In this document: piece by piece, positions 43,401 to 53,124 of the stretch
Numbering within the stretch: position 1 is the first letter of the stretch
Layout: each line of letters opens with the position of its first letter
Source of the DNA: a virus
DNA length: 64,000 nucleotides
Virus record (IMG/VR): IMGVR_UViG_3300023184_003735
Location: 32,001 to 96,000 of that record
Reading direction: 5' to 3' (one strand)
The notes under the pieces: model-generated
What the model was told of the DNA's origin: nothing
What the model saw: only the letters and a program-made list of their open reading frames with translations
Databases searched by the model: none
Translations under genes and position numbers: made by a program

Positions 43401-44130
43401 CGGCAGTCGCTACCTTGGATTTAGGAGGACGACCTTTTTTGGGTGCCGTTGGGGTAACTGTTGCTGTGGCGGTTGCAGAATATTCATTTGCGTTTACATT
43501 GGGATTTAAATTCTGTGCTTCTTTTTTCATTCTAGCGGCTTCGGCAATCATGCCCTTGGCCTCAGTCTCCATGCGCTTGGCTTGTGCCAACATGTTGGAC
43601 GCAAGAGTCTTGTCATCCAGTGCACCATCTGCTGATTGCAGTGGTGGTACATAAGGTGTTCTTGTGTCTTGTGCTTTGCGTTCTTCTCTACGTTTGAACT
43701 CGGCTTCTGCTTTGCGCTTCTGTGAAGGATCAACTATGCCGGCGCTGGCATCAAGTTCTTGCAATCGCTTGAGTGCTTCTCCGCCTTGTTCCATTTCACG
43801 AATAATCTTGTTCATCTCATCCAACTTTACATTGCTTTGTGGTGTGGGAGTCACAATAACTTGATTGGTTGGAATCTTCTTGATCATGCCCTCGCGGTGC
43901 AATGACTCCAGTTGTGGTCTACCATCTGGCAGTAGATTGCGATGCAACACTTCTGACAGATTAGTTGCCGCTTGACCTGGGGCACTTTCTAATGTGGCCA
44001 TAATTGAATTATGGATATGTGTGGGCATGGTTTCTGGATATACCACAAGGCACATGTGCTCCTCACCGGGTACTTCTCTAAAGAGAATAGCAACCTTGCG
44101 GTCACCGTGTCGTCCTATATGTTTAAGCAT
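43387..44130 (-). CDS. Hypothetical phage protein with coiled coil and basic tail
   Basis: MLKHIG start; C-terminal KKGRPPK (AT-hook-like). Confidence 0.7.
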   Translation of the reverse strand: MLKHIGRHGDRKVAILFREVPGEEHMCLVVYPETMPTHIHNSIMATLESAPGQAATNLSEVLHRNLLPDGRPQLESLHREGMIKKIPTNQVIVTPTPQSNVKLDEMNKIIREMEQGGEALKRLQELDASAGIVDPSQKRKAEAEFKRREERKAQDTRTPYVPPLQSADGALDDKTLASNMLAQAKRMETEAKGMIAEAARMKKEAQNLNPNVNANEYSATATATVTPTAPKKGRPPKSKVATADAVQ

Positions 44131-44332
44131 TTTGATCTCCTTGAGGTTGTGCTTGTTTTGCTTCTTGGGCTTTCTGTTGGGCTACAATAGAGTCCAGGAA
44201 TGCGGAAAGTTTGTCGTAGACGTCGCCAACAGATTTCATCTCTGCGGCTCGGAATGCACCGCGAGTACATGCGGCATCGATAAGTTGTTTGAGGCTTGCC
44301 AAATCGGCAATGGTAAGTTGTGCGTTTTCCAT
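44123..44332 (-). CDS. Small hypothetical protein
   Basis: RGAFRAAE motif; TAAATA 5 nt before the ATG. Confidence 0.65.
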   Translation of the reverse strand: MENAQLTIADLASLKQLIDAACTRGAFRAAEMKSVGDVYDKLSAFLDSIVAQQKAQEAKQAQPQGDQNA

Positions 44333-44369
44333 ATAGATATTTAATGTCTAAATACCTAGAGAAATAATT

Positions 44370-44585
44370 TTAGTCGGTATTTTGGAGAAATTCGTTCAGG
44401 CGATCTACTGCTTCGTCAAAGTCTATAGCCCAAACTCGTGCTTCTAGTATGTTACCTGTTATCTGCATATCAAAAGGTATAACACCACGAAATCCAAAAT
44501 CATCAGGAAGTTCGGTAGTAACTGTAAATTCCTGTAAGTGCTTTGCTCTAAATATTAGATTGGTAGCCATGTCAACTGAGTTCAT
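44370..44585 (-). CDS. Hypothetical protein
   Basis: 71 aa, in a run of overlapping small ORFs. Confidence 0.55.
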   Translation of the reverse strand: MNSVDMATNLIFRAKHLQEFTVTTELPDDFGFRGVIPFDMQITGNILEARVWAIDFDEAVDRLNEFLQNTD

Positions 44586-44818
44586 CGGTACTCCTTAATG
44601 TCCTTGTGTTTGACAACAACAACATTATATATCTGACCATCGAACCGGATGGGTAAATCTAGATGTACTGTGACTTCGGGACCATTGTGATTGATAACTC
44701 GGTCGTTACCAACCGAGCCCACGAATGGAATTTTATTCCAGTGTCCAAACACACGATCACCTATGTTGTAAGTGCTCATATAGGGATCACGCATGAACCA
44801 ATCAGTTAGGTTGCCCAT
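44582..44818 (-). CDS. Hypothetical protein (SH3-like)
   Basis: YNIGDRVFG motif. Confidence 0.55.
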   Translation of the reverse strand: MGNLTDWFMRDPYMSTYNIGDRVFGHWNKIPFVGSVGNDRVINHNGPEVTVHLDLPIRFDGQIYNVVVVKHKDIKEYR

Positions 44819-44993
44819 GCTGTCCAATTTTTTTGCCCGACAGCAACAAGTTTGCCACCGAAACAAACAGGCTCAAACAACCATACGTCATGTCTCCTCG
44901 GGCAAAATAATCTGCGGCACTCATCAAAGCAATACCTGACACAAAGCCAGAAATAACGTCTTGGTGTTTTACAAACCATGCATAAAATTTCAT
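44802..44993 (-). CDS. Small membrane protein
   Basis: Two hydrophobic stretches. Confidence 0.5.
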   Translation of the reverse strand: MKFYAWFVKHQDVISGFVSGIALMSAADYFARGDMTYGCLSLFVSVANLLLSGKKIGQHGQPN

Positions 44994-45172
44994 ACTAAAT
45001 CCTTAAACATTTGTTTACGTCCGACTTCACCAAGGTGATAGTCGAACAATTCCCTTGTGCGTTGCAACATAGCACAAGCCATCATCAATTGATCTTCACG
45101 ATCGTCACACATCATAATCTGTTGCTCAACGGGTGCCATGAGTTCTCTCATGCGTTGTTCTACCTCGCTCAC
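44990..45172 (-). CDS. Hypothetical protein
   Basis: 60 aa, overlaps both neighbours. Confidence 0.55.
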   Translation of the reverse strand: MSEVEQRMRELMAPVEQQIMMCDDREDQLMMACAMLQRTRELFDYHLGEVGRKQMFKDLV

Positions 45173-45378
45173 ATTTTTCTTTCGTGAATCATAGATTCAA
45201 ATGTGTTCCACAAACGATCAAACTTGCGCTCGTAGTATTGTGCTAGAGCCGCAAACTCTTCAGATGTGGCACTCTCAGCAACATAGTGTTTGATGTCGTC
45301 AGTGATGTTCCAGCATTGCAAAATCTCTTGCTCAAGATCAAATCGATCTTTTGTTTTCTCAATCATTTCGATTTCCAT
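45169..45378 (-). CDS. Hypothetical protein
   Basis: GGAGG RBS; DRFDLEQEILQCW. Confidence 0.6.
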   Translation of the reverse strand: MEIEMIEKTKDRFDLEQEILQCWNITDDIKHYVAESATSEEFAALAQYYERKFDRLWNTFESMIHERKM

Positions 45379-45510
45379 TTGGGTTCCTCCATTGGTGTTT
45401 GGCCAGTTTCGCTTCTTCATAAATCCTCTTACATATAATCCATATTGGATGCCAAAAGTATCCTAGTACAAAGCCCCAGACAAAAGGCGCTAGTGCTTGC
45501 AAAAAATCAT

Positions 45511-45741
45511 TCACGATGCAACTCCAAAATGTTCTTTAATTCTCATACCGTTTGTTTTGGTAATATATCCGCAACCAACTGAATTGGATCTCTCGGTATC
45601 GGCAATTAGCGCACATTCTCTCACAATTAACCGGGCAAACTTTTCAATATCAAAGTGCTCGTCAATCATGAACGTTTGGTTGCCATACACTTGATTCCAA
45701 GCACCGCACTCACGTGCAAATTTTTCTACAAGTTCAATCAT
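45511..45741 (-). CDS. Hypothetical phage protein
   Basis: EKFARLIVRECA...IKEHFGV motif. Confidence 0.6.
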   Translation of the reverse strand: MIELVEKFARECGAWNQVYGNQTFMIDEHFDIEKFARLIVRECALIADTERSNSVGCGYITKTNGMRIKEHFGVAS

Positions 45742-47009
45742 TACTCGGCCTCGTCGTAGTAGGCATATTGCCCCCAAGGTGGCTCAATAGTTGTGGTACC
45801 ATGCAAGATCCAAACAGTATCTGCATAGTTCTCATCACCCCACGAACCAAACGGGTAGCCGTCTGTAAACACAACCAGTCGCTTGGGCTCGATTTCATTG
45901 TCTTTCAAGTACTTGAAGATACAATCAAAGTCAGTACCACCACCACCTGTTACTTCGTAGTCACAGATGTCTTCCAAGTTGTCTGAGTCATATTGTGCAG
46001 GGTTGTATGCATCAGTATCAAACGTAATAACGTGAATACGATATGCAGGGAACGAATCCATAATGCCTTGGATCTCGCCCAAGAAGTCTTTCAACATCTT
46101 TTCGCTAATACTGCCCGAAGCATCCAGCGCAACAGCAATATCAATCATGGGATCCAGTTTCATTCCCGGCATCACAGCATCCATGTGCCAACCTTTACGG
46201 CTGGCCCGCATCCAAGTGTAATCTGATTTGATAGTGCTTTCTAATTGCATACGCAACAATTCGCGCCAGTTCATCTTGGGTTCGGTCATGTCTTGTATAA
46301 GACGCTTGACACCCGCTGGGATATTGCCTGCACCGTCCACTGTAGCGGCCGCCGCCAACATGGCCTCTTTGATCTCGTCTTTGATGGCTTGTCGTTCTTC
46401 GGGTGTTAGTTTGGGACGACCTTTGCCTTCTTTCTCGTCCCCGTTACCATCATTGTCACCCTCACCATCCATGTGCTCGTCAATCATTTTGTCTAGCAAA
46501 TCTGACAAATTAATTTTATCTGCTTTTTCGTACAACTGGTCATAGATCTCTTCTGAACTAAGGCCGTCATACTTGCGATCAAACAAACAAGGCACTGACG
46601 TAATCATGTCACCTACCTTGTGTTTTACCAAGTCGCCGTTCACAGCAAAGTCGTTAGCAATGTTCCACAACTGTGGATCACGATCGCCTCTACGTCCAAA
46701 GTGATCATAAACACAATGCAGGACCTCGTGTCCAAACAAGAACTCAATCTCTTTGGGCTTGAGCATTTTGATAAAGCGAGTGTTGTAATAGAAGTTTCTG
46801 CCGTCTGTTGCGGCAGTGGCACACCACTCGTCAGCATTGACCAATTTCAAACGAGTAGCAAGGTTGCCAAAGAAACTGGCCTTTAACAACAGGCCCACAC
46901 GAGCAGTTATTAATTGTTCACGCACAATTTTGTCAAGTTTGGTGTCCATGGGTCCAATAAGATCTTTGAACTTATCAGACTCTTTTTTGTTTACTGTACT
47001 GGTAGTCAT
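45741..47009 (-). CDS. Metallopeptidase-vWA protein (DUF2201-like)
   Basis: TAATDG, HEVLH (HExxH), DASGS MIDAS motif, GGGGTDF, FTDG. Confidence 0.85.
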   Translation of the reverse strand: MTTSTVNKKESDKFKDLIGPMDTKLDKIVREQLITARVGLLLKASFFGNLATRLKLVNADEWCATAATDGRNFYYNTRFIKMLKPKEIEFLFGHEVLHCVYDHFGRRGDRDPQLWNIANDFAVNGDLVKHKVGDMITSVPCLFDRKYDGLSSEEIYDQLYEKADKINLSDLLDKMIDEHMDGEGDNDGNGDEKEGKGRPKLTPEERQAIKDEIKEAMLAAAATVDGAGNIPAGVKRLIQDMTEPKMNWRELLRMQLESTIKSDYTWMRASRKGWHMDAVMPGMKLDPMIDIAVALDASGSISEKMLKDFLGEIQGIMDSFPAYRIHVITFDTDAYNPAQYDSDNLEDICDYEVTGGGGTDFDCIFKYLKDNEIEPKRLVVFTDGYPFGSWGDENYADTVWILHGTTTIEPPWGQYAYYDEAE

Positions 47010-47035
47010 GTGTGTCCTTTGTTGCTTATGTGTAT

Positions 47036-47064
47036 ATTATAGCAGATCATGAATTATTCGTCAA
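47036..47064 (-). promoter_or_regulatory. Sigma70 promoter
   Basis: TTGACG-N17-TATAAT with extended TGC. Confidence 0.75.
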
Positions 47065-47078
47065 GTAGTACTCAAGTA

Positions 47079-47363
47079 CTACCGATTCAAGTACTTGAGT
47101 TGAAACCATGATTGTGCTGATTCCGAGAAGAAATCCAAGTGTATCTGTTCCTCAGGGTATTTAAGTTGATACTCGCCTTCCGTCTTGCCACTTGAGATCC
47201 AGGTGGTATGGGATCTCCAACTGAAACCCAGTCTTTCACGCCTGGCATAACTGATGTTGATACTTTGCCCATATTCCTCTATTAGTCGTTTGCGAATAGG
47301 CATCCAATCCACAGGACTGTGAAAGATGATGAGATTCTTTTTTATGGTGATACGGGATGACAT
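47079..47363 (-). CDS. Hypothetical protein
   Basis: Ends WFQLKY. Confidence 0.55.
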   Translation of the reverse strand: MSSRITIKKNLIIFHSPVDWMPIRKRLIEEYGQSINISYARRERLGFSWRSHTTWISSGKTEGEYQLKYPEEQIHLDFFSESAQSWFQLKYLNR

Positions 47364-47671
47364 AGCAAAAACCAACTGAGTGTTTTGTCGTTGTCAACAT
47401 AGATTCGATAGTCGCCGTATTTGACAGCATAGGCCCACACAAGATTGATATCATCAGGCTGAATTGCATCCGGATTGTGACGTGCATTGTGCAACATCCG
47501 GGCTCGGGTCTCAACGTCCTGGCTCCAGCCAAAGTTCTGATTGAACCAACGTCGGCAACGATCAAAGTCCAACACGCCAGTGCCTACGTTTATGCGACTA
47601 GAGAATTCTATCAAATAGTCATAACCATGTCGGCTATACCTATTGTCCATTTTGGTGACTTTGTATTTCAT
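47342..47671 (-). CDS. Hypothetical protein
   Basis: 109-aa ORF. Confidence 0.55.
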   Translation of the reverse strand: MKYKVTKMDNRYSRHGYDYLIEFSSRINVGTGVLDFDRCRRWFNQNFGWSQDVETRARMLHNARHNPDAIQPDDINLVWAYAVKYGDYRIYVDNDKTLSWFLLCHPVSP

Positions 47672-47729
47672 ATAGAAAGGAGGGCAGTGCGACACAGCCC
47701 TGTGTATTTAACCACCACCCTCCTAAAAC

Positions 47730-48812
47730 TTAGGCGCTTGCCTGCAAGATGTACTTGCCGTAACGCTGGTGGAACTCGTCAAAGTTCTTCAACTTGGTTG
47801 GGAGGAAGGGCAAGTCGTATGTGGTCAACGCAATTCTAGCACCCATCACAGTCAACTCAGTCTCAAAGTTCTTCATCATGTAACCCAGGAAGTTATCAGC
47901 CATCTCATGGAACTTCTTGTCTTCTACCTTGTTCTCAATAGCACCCTTGAGTTCATAACACATGGAGATCACCAAACTGTACATGGCACTCACCTCTTTG
48001 ACTTCCAGTGTCTTGACCTTGCCCGATAAGATGTCTGCTGGGTTAGGCATGCGGCCTGCAACCTTTTTATGCGCCATGAACTTCACAGCAAGACCTTCGC
48101 CTACAGTACCTGCAATCAGGTTCATTGTGGTGTCGTCGTCATCGTTTTCGTCCAACAACTGGCTCACAAAGGTCCAAGAGCGTGGTGTAGCAAATGCACG
48201 GCTGGCACTCTTGGCGTCAAAGTCGTACAGGTCCTGCTTGGCAAAACTCAAGTAACCCACCACGTCTTTGTGAACGCGATTGTTAACTGCCCACTCTTGC
48301 CAAGATGCAAAGTCCACCTTCATTTCTTGGTGAATAAAGCGATTTGCCAAGGGAGTTGGCATGCGATATGTAACGCCTTTGTCGCTCTCACGGTTGCCAG
48401 CGGCCACCATCACAACATTGTCGGGTAACCGATACTTGCCAATACGTCGATTCAAAATCAACTGATATGCGGCACTCTGAACAGACGGTGCGGCACTGTT
48501 AAGTTCGTCCAAGAACAACACCACAATAGGGAACTGACTGGCAGTTTCTTCATCGGGCAGTTCCACTGGGGGAGCCCAATCCATCTTGCCAATGTCCTTG
48601 TTGTAAAACGGAATACCACGAATGTCTGTGGGCTCCATTTGGCCTAGTCGCAAGTCAATCATCAAGCCGCCAAGTTCGTTGGCAATGCCTTCCACAAGTT
48701 CGGATTTACCGATACCTGGAGGACCCCACAAGAACAAGGGACGTTTGACTCGGAATGCTTTGAGCAAAGATTTTTTTGCTTGAAGCGCGGTGACTGTACG
48801 GGATTCTGACAT
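47730..48812 (-). CDS. MoxR-like AAA+ ATPase
   Basis: Walker A GPPGIGKS, Walker B LFLDE, AAGN, NRF, TPRSW; paired with the vWA gene. Confidence 0.9.
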   Translation of the reverse strand: MSESRTVTALQAKKSLLKAFRVKRPLFLWGPPGIGKSELVEGIANELGGLMIDLRLGQMEPTDIRGIPFYNKDIGKMDWAPPVELPDEETASQFPIVVLFLDELNSAAPSVQSAAYQLILNRRIGKYRLPDNVVMVAAGNRESDKGVTYRMPTPLANRFIHQEMKVDFASWQEWAVNNRVHKDVVGYLSFAKQDLYDFDAKSASRAFATPRSWTFVSQLLDENDDDDTTMNLIAGTVGEGLAVKFMAHKKVAGRMPNPADILSGKVKTLEVKEVSAMYSLVISMCYELKGAIENKVEDKKFHEMADNFLGYMMKNFETELTVMGARIALTTYDLPFLPTKLKNFDEFHQRYGKYILQASA

Positions 48813-48842
48813 GGGCTGTGCCTTTCAAGTTAATAAGTCTAT

Positions 48843-48871
48843 ATTGTAGCAGAAGTTGATTTTGTGGTCAA
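48843..48871 (-). promoter_or_regulatory. Sigma70 promoter
   Basis: TTGACC-N17-TACAAT. Confidence 0.7.
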
Positions 48872-49041
48872 CTGTTTATTGTAGCAAAAGGGCTGAGAAC
48901 TTCTTCAGGTTCTTCAACTGCCTTGGGCTTTTCGTAAACCCAACTAACTGGAATCTCCAGTTCTCGGGCAATCTCCATTGCAGTCCGGCCTTTCTCCAGC
49001 AGGTACCGAATGTCCAAATCAAGTTCGCTCATTCTACTCAT
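48868..49041 (-). CDS. Small HTH-like protein (57 aa, absent from the ORF track)
   Basis: AAGGAG RBS; ...LLEKGRTAMEIARELEIPVSWVYE... Confidence 0.6.
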   Translation of the reverse strand: MSRMSELDLDIRYLLEKGRTAMEIARELEIPVSWVYEKPKAVEEPEEVLSPFATINS

Positions 49042-49056
49042 CGGGTTCTCCTTAAA

Positions 49057-49296
49057 TTACGCTGGTACTCGAGCATCCATCATTTCTGACAGGATGAATT
49101 TGGCAATGTTCATGTGCTTGCGAACATACTCAACTGAACTGGGGCCAGTGCCCATGGACATCATTTCTTGGCAGTCGCTCATGATGCCCATCACAACCAT
49201 TTCAAGACCTGAACACTGGGCTGTAATACTTTGCATATACTGTTCACGGATCTCTTGTTCTGTGATACCGTAGCACTTGTTTTCAAATTCTGTCAT
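49057..49296 (-). CDS. Hypothetical protein
   Basis: AAGGAG RBS with a promoter upstream. Confidence 0.7.
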   Translation of the reverse strand: MTEFENKCYGITEQEIREQYMQSITAQCSGLEMVVMGIMSDCQEMMSMGTGPSSVEYVRKHMNIAKFILSEMMDARVPA

Positions 49297-49326
49297 TTGG
49301 GGCTCCTTTTGTGTTTGTATGTGTAT

Positions 49327-49355
49327 ATTATAGCAAATTGGGATTTATTGGTCAA
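49327..49355 (-). promoter_or_regulatory. Sigma70 promoter
   Basis: TTGACC-N17-TATAAT. Confidence 0.75.
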
Positions 49356-49585
49356 CCAAATGCTTTGGCTAGTCCAGATGCCCCAATGCACAAGGCCACA
49401 ATGTTCACCATCAACTGTGGCCGATTTGCAACACGTATGGTCCAGGCCATAAACAAAATTGTGCCTATAAAAAAGGCAAGAATATTGTAAGGATAAGCCT
49501 CAGGGCCCACGGCGTTGAGACTGTGGCCTGCAATGATAAACACTGCTCCGGTCCACTGTAGTATTTCATTGATTTCTAATTTCAT
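49352..49585 (-). CDS. Small membrane protein (leaderless)
   Basis: Three hydrophobic helices; TTGACC-N17-TATAAT at 49620-49592 with ATG 6 nt downstream. Confidence 0.65.
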   Translation of the reverse strand: MKLEINEILQWTGAVFIIAGHSLNAVGPEAYPYNILAFFIGTILFMAWTIRVANRPQLMVNIVALCIGASGLAKAFG

Positions 49586-49623
49586 GTTATTATTATAACC
49601 GATCTTGAATATTTGGTCAAGTC

Positions 49624-49653
49624 AAAAAAAAGCCCTACATGTAGTAGGGCTTT
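49624..49653 (-). terminator. Rho-independent terminator
   Basis: AAAGCCCTAC-TACAT-GTAGGGCTTT followed by a T tract. Confidence 0.8.
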
Positions 49654-49675
49654 GGTAGTACTCTAGTATTACTTT

Positions 49676-50281
49676 TTACATAGTGGGTCCGTTGCCACTT
49701 TTAAACCCCAACACACCACCTTCTGCTTCGATGCGTCGGTAAACGTCTTCCAACAAGATGGGTGCAAAGTCTGTTTGTTCCACACAAACGCAATGGTAGC
49801 GTGGATCGATTTCGGTTCCGTACAAGATTTCGCCAGTACGGGCATCTACACCACGTGCCTTCTTCACACGACTAGCGTGTAAGTGTCCGTGAATATTACA
49901 CCCAAATCTACCAAGACTTGCTTCGTGTATAGGAATGTGACTCAAAATAAGTCCGTTCATCACATGGTATGCACGTAACTCACGAAAGTATTCGCGGTAT
50001 TCGTCATCACGGAAGATGTCATGGTTGCCACGGATCAACACCTTGTCGCCGTTCAAGCGAGCCAATGTAGGCAATGCCTTACGATTGATCACAACGTCAC
50101 CCAGGTGATACACCTTGTCGTTAGGACGCACACGGTCGTTCCAGCGCCGGATCATTTCTTCATCCATCTCGTCAGGATCCGTCCAGGGACGCAATTTCAC
50201 TTCGGGATCGTCTGGGTGGGTGAAGCGACAGACACCGGCATGACCAAAGTGTGTGTCACTGACTAAAAATACTGCTGGCAT
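49676..50281 (-). CDS. Calcineurin-like metallophosphoesterase
   Basis: DTHFGH, LGD, GNHD, HGHLH; promoter TTGACC-N17-TATAAT at 50335-50307. Confidence 0.9.
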   Translation of the reverse strand: MPAVFLVSDTHFGHAGVCRFTHPDDPEVKLRPWTDPDEMDEEMIRRWNDRVRPNDKVYHLGDVVINRKALPTLARLNGDKVLIRGNHDIFRDDEYREYFRELRAYHVMNGLILSHIPIHEASLGRFGCNIHGHLHASRVKKARGVDARTGEILYGTEIDPRYHCVCVEQTDFAPILLEDVYRRIEAEGGVLGFKSGNGPTM

Positions 50282-50331
50282 CTTGTGCTCCTTTCTCTAT
50301 TTTGTAATTATAACATTTTGCTGATATTTGG

Positions 50332-50817
50332 TCAATCAGTAGAAAGTACTACTTCTTGCCAGGTGTGATCTCCCATGTACTTGACTTGCATTATGTACTG
50401 GTAGTCCTCTGGCACTCCGGTGTTCCAGTCATCGGGCCCGGTCACAACCAATAGATTTTTCTCATGACGTTTGTGCCATACCAACCAATAGCAGTTGCCC
50501 ATGACAATTTGAAAATTGTATTCGGCAGCATACACAGCATCAGTCACTTCCAGTCTGCGCCGGATGTCATCTGCTTGTTTTTGTAGTACGGTGACCAGTT
50601 CAACTATGCGATCATATTCTTGCTGGGCATACATCCTGGCATGATTGATCATGAGATCTTTTTGTTTTTCTACAGGTACTAGATCAAACTTGGGACCTAG
50701 TGTACTGGTGGCGTAAGGTGTTACATTTCTGTTGAAAAAATGTACCAAGGTGTTGCCAGTCGCAACATCAAAACTTTCACGACCCTTGGCTGAGTTTGGC
50801 TGATCAGAATCCGCCAT
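50332..50817 (-). CDS. Hypothetical protein (DUF2452-like)
   Basis: PYATS..GPKF...GPDDW...GDHTW pattern. Confidence 0.55.
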   Translation of the reverse strand: MADSDQPNSAKGRESFDVATGNTLVHFFNRNVTPYATSTLGPKFDLVPVEKQKDLMINHARMYAQQEYDRIVELVTVLQKQADDIRRRLEVTDAVYAAEYNFQIVMGNCYWLVWHKRHEKNLLVVTGPDDWNTGVPEDYQYIMQVKYMGDHTWQEVVLSTD

Positions 50818-51097
50818 GTTCCCGGTAGCGACGACGTGGTTCAATGTCCAACTGCTTGTACAGATACTCACGACCAATTAGTCGGTGTTCGATCTCTTTG
50901 AGAGCAGTTACTACTGCACTGTGTTTAGGACCATCAATCTTTGGTCGGTCGCCACGACCTAGTTCTCTGGCACGACGAGCACCGATCAGCACTAGGTCGT
51001 AACGATTCTCTACAGCCTCAACTGCGGCCTCATTGCTGAGTCCTAGTGTTGATTCATATGCAAGTGCGTCTTGGATGTCTTGGACTTTATTCATCAT
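50804..51097 (-). CDS. rpoZ: RNA polymerase omega-subunit homolog
   Basis: AVEAVENRYDLVLIGARRAREL...VVTALKEI matches the omega conserved blocks. Confidence 0.85.
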   Translation of the reverse strand: MMNKVQDIQDALAYESTLGLSNEAAVEAVENRYDLVLIGARRARELGRGDRPKIDGPKHSAVVTALKEIEHRLIGREYLYKQLDIEPRRRYREHGGF

Positions 51098-51392
51098 CTT
51101 CCTTTGTTGTTAAACCATTTGAATGTGTATCGCGAATCACTTCCATGTTTTGGAACAGTCGCTTTTCTTGTTGTGTTAATCTATCTTTGTGTGTCTTGCG
51201 TGGATTTCCACAGAGATAACATTGGGGGTTACCACAGTCCATGGCATGATGCTTGGCCAATCTATGGGTTTGTTTGATGTTACGCTGGTTGTATGTTGCA
51301 TGGCTTTTGGCAATTTTTACTTGCCTTGAAATTGCCACATCTGTTTTGTGACGACGTTTGGAGTTTAGGTATCGGGCTAGATCGTTGCTCAT
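51087..51392 (-). CDS. Basic Zn-finger-like hypothetical protein
   Basis: DCGNPQCYLCGNPR; TAAATA-N5-ATG. Confidence 0.65.
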   Translation of the reverse strand: MSNDLARYLNSKRRHKTDVAISRQVKIAKSHATYNQRNIKQTHRLAKHHAMDCGNPQCYLCGNPRKTHKDRLTQQEKRLFQNMEVIRDTHSNGLTTKEDDE

Positions 51393-51441
51393 ACAGTTAT
51401 TTAATAATGTAGGACTAGTATAACATAATCCTACATCATTG

Positions 51442-51948
51442 TCAACTGTTTAGAACTTTTGCAACCGAATTCATTACTGCCGCGATTCTGCCAATATCTC
51501 TTAACTGCTCGACAATATAACCCATAGTCTTCAAGCCATCGTAATGGGCTTTCACGCAGAACTCGCATTTGCCCACAATGCTTGCAGCCAAACTGAATGC
51601 TTCAAAGTTAGACTTTGTAGTTCCACCATGGCTAGCAATCGCGTTCATGCGTAACTGTGCAGGTAAACCTTTTAGAGCCGGGTCGTCGGCCATTTCAACG
51701 TAGGGGTACCAGACGTTGTTTTGGGCCATGATGCTGGCTGCTGTCATTGCTGACTCTGCGTGTACTGGAGCATCTGCCAAAATTACTGATAGTATTTTAC
51801 CGTTGCCAGTCGCGGCCAGTGCGGCCACAGCACAACCCATGGCCACATCAGGATCCAATGTGCTACGCAAAAGTACAGCATCAAGATTTAACTTGGTGTC
51901 TTTTGCGTAGTCTGGCAACGCGCCTTTTACTGATTCAATAAAACTCAT
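51442..51948 (-). CDS. ahpD: Alkyl hydroperoxide reductase D
   Basis: LPDYAKDTKLNL, MAQNNVWY, CEFCVKAH. Confidence 0.9.
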   Translation of the reverse strand: MSFIESVKGALPDYAKDTKLNLDAVLLRSTLDPDVAMGCAVAALAATGNGKILSVILADAPVHAESAMTAASIMAQNNVWYPYVEMADDPALKGLPAQLRMNAIASHGGTTKSNFEAFSLAASIVGKCEFCVKAHYDGLKTMGYIVEQLRDIGRIAAVMNSVAKVLNS

Positions 51949-51949
51949 T

Positions 51950-52585
51950 TTAATATCTCCCTGATGCTAATACGATTTGACAAATATGTTCCAATCGCTC
52001 AATATGTTCAAAGGCTCGCCATGGACTTGTATCAACTGAAACAATACCATGCCCTTTAATACCTACAATATCATAGGCAATGTTACCATCAAAATCAAGT
52101 TCTAATTTGCGATGGCACTCATCTGCCAATTCTTGACTGATTGGAGGAACATCACCTACGTTAAATGCTACCTTTGTATATCTGCTGAGTTCCGGAAACT
52201 CTTTAGCAATTTCACCTAACTCAATGCCAGCATGCATTGCGGCAACACAATAGGTGGGATGGAAGTGCATTACCACACGAACATCTGTACTATGTTGACC
52301 CATCTTCTTTTGTAAACCAAAATGAAGTGGAAGTTCACCACTGGGTTTTAAATTGGCACTGATATCACTATATGGAAGTTCTATAGCATTCCAACGCTCA
52401 ATGGGTTGATACATAATACCAATTTTCTTAAACTGGTCAGGTTGCATAGTCTGCTTACGAACGCCACTGGGTGTGATATAAAAGTGATCACGATCGTGAT
52501 GACGAATACTTACATTGCCATCACGACTGGTAATCCAGTTGCGCCTATATGCTTCAACCATTGTGTCGCATATGGTTTCTAACAT
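51950..52585 (-). CDS. Class II aldolase/adducin-family protein
   Basis: DGNVS, ITPSG, PSGELPLH, HFHP, GHG. Confidence 0.85.
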   Translation of the reverse strand: MLETICDTMVEAYRRNWITSRDGNVSIRHHDRDHFYITPSGVRKQTMQPDQFKKIGIMYQPIERWNAIELPYSDISANLKPSGELPLHFGLQKKMGQHSTDVRVVMHFHPTYCVAAMHAGIELGEIAKEFPELSRYTKVAFNVGDVPPISQELADECHRKLELDFDGNIAYDIVGIKGHGIVSVDTSPWRAFEHIERLEHICQIVLASGRY

Positions 52586-53124
52586 TACAAGGTCTCGCCG
52601 CCTACTGTACGGTTACATGCACACAATTCTCCAGTCTGCAATGCGTCTAATACACGCAATGTTTCTTCTGGGCTACGACCCACGTTCAAGTTGTTAACTG
52701 TGACGTGTTGGATTTCATTGTTGGGGTCAATGATGAATGTTGCACGTAGTGCGGCACCTGCTGGAGCATAGAACACACCCAGTTGTTCAATTAATGATAA
52801 CTCACCACGCTGTGTGTCAGCAAACTGATGGTGGGTGATCTTCTTAAGATCTTCATGTGCTGTTTGCCATGCCACTTTGCAAAACTCATTGTCTGTTGAA
52901 CCGGTTAACAAAATAGCATCACGGTCGGCAAAGTCCGTGGCCAACCGGTCATAGGCCACAATCTCAGTTGGGCACACAAATGTAAAATCTTTTGGATAGT
53001 ACACAATCACTTTCCACTTGCCTTCGAATGATTCGTCAGTAATGGTATAAAATGCGTCTTGGGGTTGTCCAGGTTTCACGCCAGTGACAGCAAATGGTGT
53101 TAACTTATCGCCTACAGTTTTCAT
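52585..53124 (-). CDS. ahpC: Peroxiredoxin
   Basis: YPKDFTFVCPTE, RATFIIDP, GRSPEETLR. Confidence 0.93.
   Translation of the reverse strand: MKTVGDKLTPFAVTGVKPGQPQDAFYTITDESFEGKWKVIVYYPKDFTFVCPTEIVAYDRLATDFADRDAILLTGSTDNEFCKVAWQTAHEDLKKITHHQFADTQRGELSLIEQLGVFYAPAGAALRATFIIDPNNEIQHVTVNNLNVGRSPEETLRVLDALQTGELCACNRTVGGETL

Noticed and set aside
48868-49041. Frameshifted pseudogene
   Set aside because: On re-reading, the frame is intact (57 aa); it is only below the ORF-track size cutoff.
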